A stretch of DNA of 64,000 nucleotides, taken from assembly GCA_001600695.1 (NCBI GenBank), contig BCKQ01000017.1, forward strand, positions 160,629 through 224,628, given 5' to 3'. A model generated the notes under the pieces. It was not told the DNA's origin and did no database searches. It saw only the letters and a program-made list of their open reading frames with translations. The number at the start of each line of letters is the position of its first letter. Within the stretch, counting starts at the first letter, position 1. A program made the translations under genes and the position numbers. This DNA comes from Ascoidea asiatica JCM 7603 (Eukaryota; Fungi; Ascomycota). Positions 45,117 to 57,197 of this stretch are shown in pieces.

Positions 45117-47570
45117 ATGTCAACAAATTTAATTACTTTACAAAAAAATTATATTCTTAATCTTATAGGTTCGATAAAATCTCCAAATAATTTAAAATAT
45201 CTAATTCTTGATGAAAAAACTGAATATATTCTATATTCAATTTTAGATAAACAAACTTTATTAAGACATGTTACTGCAATTTCAAGAATTGACGAAAAGA
45301 GAGATATAAAAACTTCTTTTGAAGCAATTTATTTATTAGATTCAAATTTATTTTCAATTAATTGTCTTTTATTTGATTTGAATTTAAAACCATTTCCAAG
45401 ATATAAAAATTCATATGTTTTTTTAACTCCAATTAATGAATCAATTCCAAATCAAAATATTTTTAAGGATTTAAATTTAAAATTTAATGATTTATTCAAT
45501 TTTAGAAAAAATAATTTATTTCCATCAATTAAGAATATTTCAATTGTTCATTTCAATTATTTACCAATTGAATCAAATGTATTTTTAACAAATTTTGATA
45601 CTTCAAATAATTTCATAAATAATCAAATTGATTTACTTAATTATTCAAAATTAACTTCAAAACAAAAAGATTCGTTATCAAAAAGAAATAAATTACCTAA
45701 TTTTAATGATAATAATAATTTAGTTGATTCAAGTTCAAATAAATTTATTAATGATTCTTTACAAATTTATTTTAATAAAAATTATTTAAGATTTGTAAAT
45801 TATCAAATTAAAAAAATAGTTAATTCTTTAGTTAATATATGTATAAGAACTGATGAATATCCAATTATAAGATATTATAATCCAAAAAATTCAATATCAA
45901 AATCTTCAATATTATCAAAAAAAATTTCTGAAATTTTTCAATTAACTTTAGATAATTATGCAAGAATGAATTCTAATTTTCCATCAACTGAAAATCAAAG
46001 ATCAAGATCAATTTTTTTAATTTGTGATAGAAGTTTTGATTTATTTACAAATTTAATTACGAATTTTAATTATCAATCAATGTTATATGATATAAATAAT
46101 CTAAAACATGATTCAAAAAATTTAATTAAATCAAATATTTTAAATCAATTAATTAAATATCCTGTAATAAATGCTAATGGTACAAAGGAAGTTAAATATT
46201 CTAAATTAAATGAAATTGATGATGATCAATATTTAAATGAATTTCGTCATAAACATATTTTAGATGTTGGAAAATTAATAAGTAAAAGAAATGAAGAATT
46301 ATCAAATAAAAATAGTGATAGTCAAAATTATAATTCTGCTGTTGAACAACTAAGACATGATTTAATTCATTCTGATGAATTTGATAATAAAAGAAGATTA
46401 TTATATTTACATAATCAATTATTTGATAATATGTTAAATATTATGACAAATTTAAAATTAACTTCAATTGCAGATTTTGAAAATATTTTAATTGCAAATG
46501 GTTATGATATTAATGATGATAAAATTGAAAATTTATCAAATGAATTTATTTTAAAATTAATTAATTCAAATTTTACAAAATTTGATAAATTGAAATTAAT
46601 TTTAATTTATTCAATTTATAGAAATGGTATAATTTTAAAAGATTTTGAAAAATTATTTAAATTTATTAATTTAAATCAACAAGAGATTAATGAAAATTTA
46701 AATTTAATTAAAAATTTTGATAATTTAAATTTCAAAATTCAAAAAGATGATTTAAATAATAATCATAATCATAATAATCATAAAAAATGGTTTCATAGTA
46801 TTGATAATTCAGAATATTCCTCTTCAAGATATAAACCAGGAATTGAAGGTATTCTAAAAGCAATTATCAATAATCATAGGGAAGTTTTGAATTCCGAATT
46901 TCCTCCAATAAAACAAGTTGGGTTAGAAGAAGAAGACGAAATGGGAGATAATATGGGAGAGTTAACAAATTCTTTCAAAAATAGTAATCTTAATATGAAC
47001 CAATCATCTTCGTCAGCATCATCATTAAGAAATAAAAATACAAGACCAACATGGTCAACAGGTGGATCAACTACATCAACATCTACAAATTTTGTTGCAC
47101 CACAACAAAGAATTTTCATTTATATTGCAGGAGGTATAAATTATCAAGAAATTAAATCAATTTATCAAATAGGTAGAGAATTCAAAAAAGATATTATTAT
47201 TGGTAGTGAGAATTTAATTAATTCAGATCTATTTGTTGAAAGTATGAAAGATTTGAATATAAATTTTTATGAACAATACAGAAAAAAAACTATTTTAGAA
47301 TATGATATTGATAAATATTCAGATAAAATACCTGTAATTTTGAATGAAACTGGATTGAAAAAAGCTAATAATAATGTAAATGTAAATGTAAATGTAAATG
47401 GAAATGGAAATGGAAATAGTATGACAGCTCAAAAACAAAAAATTGCTGAACAAAATAGATTAAGAGAAGAAGCAAGAAGGAAACATAATGAAGAAAGATT
47501 AAATCAGACATTTGCAGCTCATGAACCTGAGAAAAAACATAGAATGAGAAAGTTTATTAAAAAGCTTTAA
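45117..47570 (+). CDS. SEC1: Sec1/Munc18 exocytic SM protein
   Basis: KYLILD, EAIYLL, EYPIIRYY, ICDRSFD, YQSMLYD, RHKHI, SRYKP, QRIFIYIAGGI. Confidence 0.9.
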   Translation: MSTNLITLQKNYILNLIGSIKSPNNLKYLILDEKTEYILYSILDKQTLLRHVTAISRIDEKRDIKTSFEAIYLLDSNLFSINCLLFDLNLKPFPRYKNSYVFLTPINESIPNQNIFKDLNLKFNDLFNFRKNNLFPSIKNISIVHFNYLPIESNVFLTNFDTSNNFINNQIDLLNYSKLTSKQKDSLSKRNKLPNFNDNNNLVDSSSNKFINDSLQIYFNKNYLRFVNYQIKKIVNSLVNICIRTDEYPIIRYYNPKNSISKSSILSKKISEIFQLTLDNYARMNSNFPSTENQRSRSIFLICDRSFDLFTNLITNFNYQSMLYDINNLKHDSKNLIKSNILNQLIKYPVINANGTKEVKYSKLNEIDDDQYLNEFRHKHILDVGKLISKRNEELSNKNSDSQNYNSAVEQLRHDLIHSDEFDNKRRLLYLHNQLFDNMLNIMTNLKLTSIADFENILIANGYDINDDKIENLSNEFILKLINSNFTKFDKLKLILIYSIYRNGIILKDFEKLFKFINLNQQEINENLNLIKNFDNLNFKIQKDDLNNNHNHNNHKKWFHSIDNSEYSSSRYKPGIEGILKAIINNHREVLNSEFPPIKQVGLEEEDEMGDNMGELTNSFKNSNLNMNQSSSSASSLRNKNTRPTWSTGGSTTSTSTNFVAPQQRIFIYIAGGINYQEIKSIYQIGREFKKDIIIGSENLINSDLFVESMKDLNINFYEQYRKKTILEYDIDKYSDKIPVILNETGLKKANNNVNVNVNVNGNGNGNSMTAQKQKIAEQNRLREEARRKHNEERLNQTFAAHEPEKKHRMRKFIKKL

Positions 47571-48486
47571 ACAATATTAATATTTTCATATTTTCAAATC
47601 TCATTCACTATAAACATTCTAAAAAAAACTGATTATATGTTTCCAACCCTATTTTTAAGTTATGATTTCTACTTCATATCTTTCAAATGATTATTCATTC
47701 ATTATTCATTATTTGTCATTACTAATTATAAATTCCAATTCTTGTTTTTATGATTGTACTAATTCACATTCTTTTTTTTTTTTCATGAAATGCGTAACGG
47801 ATAGTAATGTTAAATAACTCATTTTAATACAGATATTTCAATTAGAGTATTTAGAATTAAATAGAAAAAATAAATGAAATGCATAACTAGAAGAATATAG
47901 ACCAATTTTCAACAAAAGTTTTAACAAAAGTTTCATGAAAAATCTCTAGAGGAAGAAGATATGAAGCAGCAAAGGAATCAGCCCCTAAAAGTGAAAAAGT
48001 GACTCGAAAGACCCACGACCGGAGACCCTGTGCAGAGTGCCCGGATAAAGACCGGGTATGAAAACAAGGAGCTGAAGCCAAAGCTAATTTTGGTTTATTT
48101 TAGACTTGTTCTGTTGCCAGAATATGCTCTAGTTGAGCTCGAGTAAAGCAACTTTTAAAGACCAAGAAGCAACTGGCTGGTAATGCTAGCATTGATTTGT
48201 CATATGGATGCTGAAAGTACTATTTTATCATACCATGGCATGCTATTTTCTCCCATTGCCTTCCTTTTCATGTTGCTAGTATTGTAAAACTATCAGGGTA
48301 TTTATTCACCTGGTTTTCCTCTTTTGTTTTTGGTTTTCGGTGCTGGAAATTTAGGGGTATTACTATTGTATTTTATTTGTTCTTATGATATAATTACAAA
48401 TTAACTATATATTATAAACTTATAAACTTATAAATATTTAAAATTATAGACTACTATACTTATAAATTGAAAAACACTTTTTAAAA

Positions 48487-49674
48487 ATGGATGGTATTAA
48501 AGAAATTGATTCCGAATTAATCGAAACGAATTATGATAAACAAGTTACATCTTTTGATGATTTGAATTTAAAACCAGATATATTAAGAGGTGTATATGGT
48601 TATGGTTATGAAGTTCCTTCTGCTATTCAACAAAGAGCAATCTTACCAATTATTGAAGGTCATGATGTATTAGCTCAAGCTCAATCTGGTACTGGAAAAA
48701 CCGCAACTTTTGCAATTGCTGCTTTACAAAATATTGATGAAAAATTAAAAAAGACTCAAGCTTTAATTTTAGCTCCAACAAGAGAATTAGCTTTACAAAT
48801 TCAAAAAGTTGTTTTAGCTATTGGTATTCATTTAGATATTACTGTTCATGGTTCAATTGGTGGAACTTCTGTTCAAGATGATATTAAAGCATTTAGAGAT
48901 GGAGCACAAATTATTGTTGGTACTCCAGGTAGAGTTTATTCAATGATTAATCATGGAAATTTTAGAACTGATAATATTAAAATGTTTATTTTAGATGAAG
49001 CTGATGAAATGTTATCTTTTGGTTTCAAAGAACAAATTTATAATATTTTCAGATATTTACCAACTCAAACTCAAGTTGCTTTATTATCTGCAACTATGCC
49101 TCAAGATGTACTTGAAGTTACTAAAAAATTTATGAGAGAACCAATTAGAATTTTAGTTAAAAAAGATGAATTAACTTTAGAAGGTATTAAACAATATTTT
49201 GTTGATGTTCTGGAAGATGAGTATAAATTTGATTGTCTTTGTGATTTATATAGTTCAATTTCTGTTACTCAAGCTGTAATTTTTAGAAATACAAAAAGGG
49301 GTGTTGAAGTTTTAGCAGAACAATTACATGAAAATAATTTTACTGTTTCTGCAATTCATGCAGATTTAAATCAACAAGAAAGAGATACAATCATGCAAGA
49401 ATTTAGAAGTGGATCTTCAAGAATTTTAATTTCAACTGATTTATTGGCAAGAGGTATTGATGTTCAACAAGTTTCTTTAGTTATTAATTATGATTTACCA
49501 AACAATAAAGAAAATTATATCCATAGAATCGGTAGAGGTGGTCGTTTTGGTAGAAAAGGTGTTGCTATAAATTTTGTAACTACCAAAGATATTGGAGTAA
49601 TGAGAGAAATTGAAAAATTTTATTCAACACAAATTGAAGAATTACCTGGAGAACTTGATGGAATATTTCAATGA
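48487..49674 (+). CDS. TIF1: Translation initiation factor eIF4A (DEAD-box)
   Basis: [57 protein letters not shown] (GRGG rather than the Fal1-type GRSG). Confidence 0.93.
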   Translation: MDGIKEIDSELIETNYDKQVTSFDDLNLKPDILRGVYGYGYEVPSAIQQRAILPIIEGHDVLAQAQSGTGKTATFAIAALQNIDEKLKKTQALILAPTRELALQIQKVVLAIGIHLDITVHGSIGGTSVQDDIKAFRDGAQIIVGTPGRVYSMINHGNFRTDNIKMFILDEADEMLSFGFKEQIYNIFRYLPTQTQVALLSATMPQDVLEVTKKFMREPIRILVKKDELTLEGIKQYFVDVLEDEYKFDCLCDLYSSISVTQAVIFRNTKRGVEVLAEQLHENNFTVSAIHADLNQQERDTIMQEFRSGSSRILISTDLLARGIDVQQVSLVINYDLPNNKENYIHRIGRGGRFGRKGVAINFVTTKDIGVMREIEKFYSTQIEELPGELDGIFQ

Positions 49675-50191
49675 AAATGTTCAAATTTCTTTTTATCCTT
49701 TACTTTTTCTCTGTTTTTTGTTCATTTAAGGTTTCTATGATTTCTTTCTATGGTTTCTTTCTAAGGGGTTCATTGTTTTTATTGTTTTCATTCTTTTATT
49801 TCATTTTCTTCAAATTTCTTTTTATTTTTTTTCTAGGATCCTCATTTTTGTTCATTTCTCAATTGTTAATTTTTCAGCTCATTAATTTGTTTTCTAACTA
49901 AAATTAAAAAAAATGTGTTTTCAGAGATTGAAGCTTTTTTTTAAAATTTTGTTATTATATACATTATATTCACTATATTCATTATATTCATTATATTCAT
50001 TATACCAAATACTAAATACTTTTTTTTCTATTCTACTATCTATAACTCATATCTTTTATTATTTTTCACACTCATTTTAATTATATTAATAGTTCATACA
50101 TTTATGTCTTACAACTGATTTCAAATAAACTTGGCTTTAGGAGTTTTCATAAATTTCGTTCAGTATTTTCGATCAGTAATTTTTCAAATTG

Positions 50192-50207
50192 TTTCCTAAA
50201 ACGGAAA
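50192..50207. promoter_or_regulatory. Mcm1/ECB-like palindrome TTTCCTAAAACGGAAA upstream of BUD6
   Basis: Fits TTWCC-N6-GGWAA. Confidence 0.5.
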
Positions 50208-50781
50208 ATAGCCATAAAAGTATAATACGGATAATCTGAGAATTATATACGGATCATCAAGGAAAATCACGGACAATTATTTGCAAACGGAAACATATTC
50301 CAGAAGTAAATCCGAATATGGATATATCCGGATAATTACCTGAGATAGAAAATTGGTGGTTGTTGACCTTGTTACAATACTGCTCACTCTGAACAATGAT
50401 TGAAATCACACAGTAATACTACCGCTCAGTATTAATTAAAATCATTGGAAGAAACGCTACAAGTGGCTACAGATACTGATAATATCATCAAACTTCAGTG
50501 TATTGTAAACTTACTTCATAACTGATCAATATAAGATCAATATTATTAAGATTGTAGACCGATAATATAAATTAATCCAAAAAGAAATTAATATAAGATA
50601 ATCTGGGAAGTTTCTTTCAAAGATTTGTAAATACCCTCCTAAGTGATCACTAAAAACTCCTTTGCTGGAATAAATAAGAAGATCATCAACCACTAGGAAC
50701 AAAATTATCATCAGTACCAATAATAATAATTACATTGAAATATTTGAGAAAACCTATTTTAAAAAAAAAGAAAATCACATT

Positions 50782-53334
50782 ATGCCTTCTCATCAATCAG
50801 CTCATTCATCATCTTCTGTATCTTCCAAAGGAAGTAGAACAACCACTTCAATGAGCACTATAGAGTCTAGTGTAACAAGATTGTTAGTCGCTACAAAACA
50901 TCTATTAAGTTCTTTGACACAATGGGCGAAATCAAATGCTACTGAAAAAGACGTTTCTGATGCTTATGTTGAATTAGGAAATAATTTCAAATTAAGTTGT
51001 AGAGCGTTTACTGCTGCTGGTGTAGAAGTGTCTGATCTTGGAGATGTACCTTATTCTTTAAGAGTAGTATTAGAAAATGCTTTATGTGAACCGGGTTCTC
51101 AAGAAACTTTAGATAAATATTTACCAGAAATTCGTGAAATTATTGTTACTTTATTAAATAATTTAAAGAAAAAACAACATATGGTACGAGCTTTAAATCA
51201 ACAAATAAAAGAAAAAGAAAGATCAAAAGAAAATAAAAAAACTCAAAGGTCTATATCAACACCAACACAAATTCCATCTCATAGAGGTAGTGAAACTTCA
51301 CTACCGGATACAACTTCCTCACCAAGAAAAAACGATCTGAAACAAAGATCAATTTCTTATGCTTCATCTCCTTCTTCTCATAATAGATCTCAATCTTCTA
51401 TTGCATCTTCTTTACCCAAACAAAATCATCTATTGCCACTAAATAAAGATAGAGATAAAGATAAAGATAATGCTAAAGATAATGCTAAAGATTTGCCTCC
51501 TCCAAGAAAAGATCAGAAATATTCTCAGAATGATCTGAAAGTGCCTAGTTCAGTAAATTCAAACAATAATATTCCTGTCAAACCCCCTTCAAAAAATGAT
51601 AAAGCAGAACAAGATGCTTTAACACAATTGCAAAATGGTGACTCCTTGAAGCGCCGAGCTTCAAGAAGATTCTCCGCTTACCAGTATGCTAAATTAGCTA
51701 ATATTGGAAAAGAACCTGTACCCTTACCAAAAGATGTAGACGTTTATTCTTATAAACATTTAGTTGGTGAAGAACAACATAAAGATCAAAGTGTTAGTCC
51801 AGATCCAAGTTTTATTGAAGATGCTTCAATATCCAAAACAAACGGTTCAATTATTCCACCTTCTGTAACTTATTCTGATTTAACAAAAACTTCAAGTGCA
51901 AATGATTCTCAAATTACCATATTTTTAAAATTACGTCAAAAAGTTAAAAAAGTTACTTTTGAATTACCTTTAACTTTCAATTCTTTAAGATTGTTATTTA
52001 TTGAAAAATTTGCTTATTCGCCAGGTTCTGATAGTATCTTTCCAGATATTTATATTCAAGAAAATTTAACGGAAATACCATATGAATTAGAAGAACAGTA
52101 TTTATCAGAAATTAAGAACAATTCAATAATATCTTTAAATACTGCTGCTGCTCCGAATCTTGAAAATAAATTCAATGATAATTATAATAATAAAAATGAA
52201 ATACAATCTTTAAACAAAAAGTTAACTGACATTCAAAATCAAATGACTTCTTTTAGTAAAATAATTGAAAAATTTGATAATTTAACTGTTAGTGAACCAG
52301 TTTCTTTGAAAAAAATGAAATCAAATACTTCTCATTCTTCTTCTTATGTTTCTTTAAATCAGCAAAAAGAAGAAAAATCTGCATCATCATCATCATCTGA
52401 TGTACCTCCAGCCCCTCAAACAATAGTTGAATCAACTTCAAGTAATATCTCTATAACCGATTTTCCCGAGATTTCTGATATACGCCATGAATTAATGGTT
52501 GTTAGACAAATTCAAAATTCGAATAAATCTGATTTTAGTAGTGTTATTAAGGAATTGTTGAAAAAAGTAGAAGATTTTAAAGCTGCCGGATTTTCTGGTT
52601 CTCAGTCAGCTAATAGAAAATATATGGAAAACTGCCATTCAAAACTTTCAAATGATTCTGATTCATTACTAACAAAAGTGGATGATTTACAAGATGATAT
52701 TGAAGCTTTAAGAAAAGATGTAGCTGTAAGAGGTGCAAGACCTTCTTCAAAACAAATGAATGGTGTTTCAGTTACAATTAAAGAAGCTAGAGAAAATCTA
52801 GAAATAATGAAAAAGTATATTGATACAGAAAAAGGAAATTGGAAAAAAATATGGGAAAAAGAATTAGATACTGTATGCGAAGAGCAACAGTTTTTCAATT
52901 TGCAAGAAATTCTTGCTCAGGATCTCACTGAGGATCTTGAAAAATGTTTAGAAACATATACATTAGTGGAGCATGTTACAAAGGAACAAGCTAAAAGAAC
53001 AAAACGTCATAATCCTCAAATAAATAATATTTTAGAACCTGGTGAAACAATTAGTGATGTAAGAGGGGCTGTTCTTGGTGAAGTTGCTTCTTTAGTACCA
53101 AACCATGAAGATAGAGTTGCTGCAATTGAAAAGGCAGAAAGGATGAGAGAAAAAGCTAAGCAGATGAACAATCAAACTAAATTTCAAGAAGAATTAAATG
53201 TATTTGTTGGTACTAAGAAATTAAAGAAATCTGGTGGAGTTGAAGAAGCAGAACGATTAAGAAAGGAAAAGGATAAATTAAATTTAAAAACAGCCTATAC
53301 AAATAAAATTAAAATCACACCAGCACCTGTTTAA
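50782..53334 (+). CDS. BUD6: Bud6/Aip3 actin- and formin-interacting protein
   Basis: IESSVTRLLVATKHLL..LTQW, LRLLFIEKFAYSPG, LLTKVDDLQD.IEALRKDVA.RG, WKKIWEKELD.VCEEQQF, LKKSGGVEE.ER. Confidence 0.95.
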   Translation: MPSHQSAHSSSSVSSKGSRTTTSMSTIESSVTRLLVATKHLLSSLTQWAKSNATEKDVSDAYVELGNNFKLSCRAFTAAGVEVSDLGDVPYSLRVVLENALCEPGSQETLDKYLPEIREIIVTLLNNLKKKQHMVRALNQQIKEKERSKENKKTQRSISTPTQIPSHRGSETSLPDTTSSPRKNDLKQRSISYASSPSSHNRSQSSIASSLPKQNHLLPLNKDRDKDKDNAKDNAKDLPPPRKDQKYSQNDLKVPSSVNSNNNIPVKPPSKNDKAEQDALTQLQNGDSLKRRASRRFSAYQYAKLANIGKEPVPLPKDVDVYSYKHLVGEEQHKDQSVSPDPSFIEDASISKTNGSIIPPSVTYSDLTKTSSANDSQITIFLKLRQKVKKVTFELPLTFNSLRLLFIEKFAYSPGSDSIFPDIYIQENLTEIPYELEEQYLSEIKNNSIISLNTAAAPNLENKFNDNYNNKNEIQSLNKKLTDIQNQMTSFSKIIEKFDNLTVSEPVSLKKMKSNTSHSSSYVSLNQQKEEKSASSSSSDVPPAPQTIVESTSSNISITDFPEISDIRHELMVVRQIQNSNKSDFSSVIKELLKKVEDFKAAGFSGSQSANRKYMENCHSKLSNDSDSLLTKVDDLQDDIEALRKDVAVRGARPSSKQMNGVSVTIKEARENLEIMKKYIDTEKGNWKKIWEKELDTVCEEQQFFNLQEILAQDLTEDLEKCLETYTLVEHVTKEQAKRTKRHNPQINNILEPGETISDVRGAVLGEVASLVPNHEDRVAAIEKAERMREKAKQMNNQTKFQEELNVFVGTKKLKKSGGVEEAERLRKEKDKLNLKTAYTNKIKITPAPV

Positions 53335-53903
53335 GATTCAGACTAATTCATTTAATTTGTACTTTTTCTATTTTCAACTCTGGATCAAACTTTTGATATG
53401 ACCTTTAATATTTTAAAATTATTTCCTATAACTCTTTCTTCTTATCATTTTTTTTTATAGATATACTATATATATATATATATATATATATTTGTTAGCA
53501 TTCTTCATGTTTTTTGCTTTTCTCATTTTGAATTATTACAAAAATTTTTGTGATAAATTTTCAATTTTTGTTCTGGTATATATATTATCTTTGAATATTT
53601 ACAATAATAAGTAATTTTAAAGCCCCCTCCTCCCTGTCTTATATAACGAAAAGATTTCCCCTACTTTTTTTCAAAATCTTTTTATTTTCAAATTTTACAA
53701 ATAGTTTAGCATGTTCTCTACAATAATCACAGATATTCTTATTGATAAAAATCATTATCCACAATATCATATTTCAGTATATATTATAATAATTTAAAAT
53801 ACAAGAAAGTCTATTCACTAATTCTTTGTTGAATATACATATTTATATACAGTATATATAAAACCCAAATTTTAAATAAAAAATTCAAAGAGCAAAATAT
53901 TTC

Positions 53904-54341
53904 TTATTTCCAAGGAAGCCAACTTTTATTTTTATTTTGAATTTCTTCTTCAATTGGTATTGAGTCTTTAGAAAGTTGCAACTTTTGTTTAATTAAGTTT
54001 AATTCTTCTTTCTGTTTTTTTTCAGCAAATTCTCTTTCAATTTTTTCTTTCGATTGCAATTGTTCTTTTCTTACTTCAATTGGAGATTTTAATGGACCAG
54101 TCATCCATATTGGATCATTTGAAGCTGAAGTTTTTTTAACAATTTTTATTAATTCTTCTTGTTCTTTCCTTCTAATGGACTTATTCATTTCATATTGATG
54201 TCTTATTTCTGGTGATAACCTTGATATCAATTCTTGATCTGTAGGGGTTGCATATTTATATAACAAAACTCCTCCACCTACTATTGAACCACCCACAGCA
54301 AAAATTTTAGCCCATCGAGCCCATAAAGGTATCTCTGCCAT
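53904..54341 (-). CDS. CBP4: Cytochrome b assembly factor Cbp4
   Basis: PLWARWAK, LLYKYATPTDQELI..LSPE.R, SNDPIW.TGP; next to ERG1 as in S. cerevisiae. Confidence 0.93.
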   Translation of the reverse strand: MAEIPLWARWAKIFAVGGSIVGGGVLLYKYATPTDQELISRLSPEIRHQYEMNKSIRRKEQEELIKIVKKTSASNDPIWMTGPLKSPIEVRKEQLQSKEKIEREFAEKKQKEELNLIKQKLQLSKDSIPIEEEIQNKNKSWLPWK

Positions 54342-55024
54342 GATTTTTTAGATTGCAATATCTCTTAGATTTATTAGTTTATTAATTGAAGAAAATAACG
54401 GGATTCTTATTTTAGAATTATAGAATAACAAATTCACTTTACTTCAATTCATTCAATCACTTTAGTATTAATGAAAATATTCAATTTCAATAGTTATATC
54501 AATATCAATATAACTTTCAGTTCAAGATTGATATCTCTGAAAGGAGTCCTGCGGCATAAATAGTTAGCTTAAATTTAAGTAAGAGTAAAAACAGGGTAAC
54601 CGCTACGAGAACCGTATTTTTGGTCTCACGTTGAGTTACGGTAAAATGAAATAAAATAATTAAAGTTGTTATTGATTGTTCTTTAAGGAAGCTTTTCAGA
54701 TAAGGAATGCTTAGTTTTACTAATATACTGTATTTGAAAATTATTCGAATTTTAGTGACTGTTTGTTATAATCATTATTGTTATTTGAGTTTTAAAATCT
54801 GCTTCATGAGATTAAGTTAAGTTGAATAAAGAAAGAATCAAAAAAAAAAGGAAATGCGAAAGAAAATGAATAAAAAAAAAGGTTCAAGCAATTTAGAGAC
54901 TAAGGTATGAAAACAAAATAATAAAATAAAAAACATATAAAAAATTGAAAAGTTTAACAATAGTTAAAAAGTAGGACAGATACAGATAAATTGAAAAAAA
55001 TAGACAGAAATGATTTCAAACAAA

Positions 55025-56521
55025 TTAAGATACTAATTCACCCCATAAATAAGGTAAAAACACTACAATTGAAGTATATAAAGTTAATATTGCTTCAAAT
55101 AAAGCAATTGGGAAACCTATTAAACCTCTTTCTTTAAAATTGCAAAAAATTGAAAATATTGCAACTGAAAAAAAATGTTTAAATAAGATAAAAGGTCTTG
55201 GTAATAAACCTGATAATAGACCCATTGGAACTTCAACACAATCATTGCCACATAAAAAGTAATTGAAACAACCTTTTTGTAAAATTTTTAAATAAACAGA
55301 ATCAGCTTGAAATAAAGCATATAAAGCAACAGATAAAACATTTATAACAGAATCTAAAGATTTTCTTTCATAATGAAAATCTTGTATTGTATCCAAAACA
55401 GTTGAAGTATCACTTAGAGAAGGAATTTTATCAGGGGATAACATTTTACAAATTAAAGCAGCATCATTTAAACCTACAGTCATTCCACCACCAGTTAATG
55501 GATGTCTCATATTTAAAGCATCACCAAGTAATAAACAACCAGTTAAATCATTTCTTTTTGCAATTAAATAAGAATTTGGCATAATTCTAATTTTTGAATC
55601 TTTTAAAGCTAATTTAAAAGAAGGTTGAGTTTCTAAAGGTAAACTTTTAAAAACGGTTTCATGAATATAAGATTTAAAAACTGGATCATTTAATGAAGGT
55701 AAAGTTTTTGAATTATAAGCACATAAAATTCTAGTATCATTTGGAGAAATTTGATATAATAATATTGGAGAATGATTACCTAAAATGACATGACCATGAT
55801 TTTTAGCAGGTAATTTACAATTTTTTAAAGTTAAAGCAATAAAATGAGAATCAACAGTTGGTATATTATTATAATCTAAAATTTTTCTAAATTTTGAAAA
55901 TATACCATCAGATATTATAGTTAAATAAGCTTTATAATTAATATTTTTTGAAGTTTTTACACCAATAACTTCATTTAAATCATTTCTTAAAATTTCAGTT
56001 ACATTATCTTGTAAACAAGTACAATTTTTTTGTTTTTTAGCTAAAGATCTTAAATTTGAAATAAATTTACCATGATGAAAGGCTACACCTCTTTCTCTTG
56101 GATTAATTTCAAAATCTTTTGAATTCAAAGTATTATCAGTAATCATATTTCTATCATCCTTGTTATTATTATTATTATTATTATTACTGAAATTTATATC
56201 AGATATTTGAATTGAATCGGATTTATTTGGATATTTTAAAGTAGTTGAAGAATTATAATAACTAATATAATAACCATCAACATGAATAGCATCAATATTA
56301 TTAATTGCTTGAATTAAACCCATTGATTTTAGAGCTTTTAAACCAGCTGGTTGCATTAATTCCCCAACAATTCTATCAGGTTCACACCAATCTCTTTCTA
56401 TACATAAAACTTTTCTACCTTGTTTAGCTAAAGTTGCAGCAATTGAAGCACCAACCACTCCAGCGCCAACAACTATAACATCGTAAACTAGATCATTATT
56501 TGAAGAATCTTCTTCTGTCAT
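55025..56521 (-). CDS. ERG1: Squalene epoxidase
   Basis: GAGVVG, PDRIVGELMQP, RGVAFHHG, GDALNMRHPLTGGGMTV; C-terminal TM segments. Confidence 0.98.
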   Translation of the reverse strand: MTEEDSSNNDLVYDVIVVGAGVVGASIAATLAKQGRKVLCIERDWCEPDRIVGELMQPAGLKALKSMGLIQAINNIDAIHVDGYYISYYNSSTTLKYPNKSDSIQISDINFSNNNNNNNNKDDRNMITDNTLNSKDFEINPRERGVAFHHGKFISNLRSLAKKQKNCTCLQDNVTEILRNDLNEVIGVKTSKNINYKAYLTIISDGIFSKFRKILDYNNIPTVDSHFIALTLKNCKLPAKNHGHVILGNHSPILLYQISPNDTRILCAYNSKTLPSLNDPVFKSYIHETVFKSLPLETQPSFKLALKDSKIRIMPNSYLIAKRNDLTGCLLLGDALNMRHPLTGGGMTVGLNDAALICKMLSPDKIPSLSDTSTVLDTIQDFHYERKSLDSVINVLSVALYALFQADSVYLKILQKGCFNYFLCGNDCVEVPMGLLSGLLPRPFILFKHFFSVAIFSIFCNFKERGLIGFPIALFEAILTLYTSIVVFLPYLWGELVS

Positions 56522-57190
56522 TTTATTTTATTATTTTATTATTTTATTATTTTAATTATTTTAATTATTGATTACGATTATTTTATTTCTCTAGGAAACT
56601 GTTTGATTAATTTTTATTTGAATTAATCAAAATCCCGTTCTCTTTTAATTTTTCTTTGTTATTTTAAATAAAAAAAAAATAAAAAAAAAGAAATAAAAGA
56701 TAAAGAATGAAAGATTATAACACTGAAAGACTCAAAAGTTGAGAGATTGAAATATTAAAGATGGTGGAAAGTATATTGAATGATTGATAATAAGAACTTG
56801 AATTATAAATAATATATATCGATATCAATAATGGATAATGGATAAATAATAATAAATTATTGGATATTTATACTAAAATTAAGACACAGAGATCGTAGCG
56901 TAGTTGAGATAAGTGGTGTTGGAGTAAGACAAGAAAGAATCAGAAAATTGAAAAATTGAATATTGTTTTGCTTGTCGCAGTTGGCTCGATGCACTCGTAA
57001 AGAAGTGAAAAATCGTCTCATTTCGATAACGAGCGGTGGACGCGCACTTGAGAAGCTACCGAACAGCAACAACTGTTCTCTAAGAAACTCTGCCAGACTT
57101 ATCGACTTAACTTACAAGCTCCTCGCTAAACTGGCCGTTATCAGACCATCGAGAAACAGACAGCCTCTGGAGGGAGCGTGGTTAGTACGC

Positions 57191-57197
57191 TATACGA
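57191..57197 (-). promoter_or_regulatory. Sterol regulatory element TCGTATA (Upc2/Ecm22) upstream of ERG1
   Basis: Plus-strand TATACGA; ERG genes are canonical Upc2 targets. Confidence 0.7.

Noticed and set aside
49671-49901. Phe-rich 76-aa ORF overlapping the eIF4A stop
   Set aside because: Artefact of a T-rich 3' UTR.
57167-57187. Minus-strand TACTAAC...CAG upstream of ERG1 as a 5' UTR intron
   Set aside because: No convincing donor, and it lies within the UAS next to the SRE.
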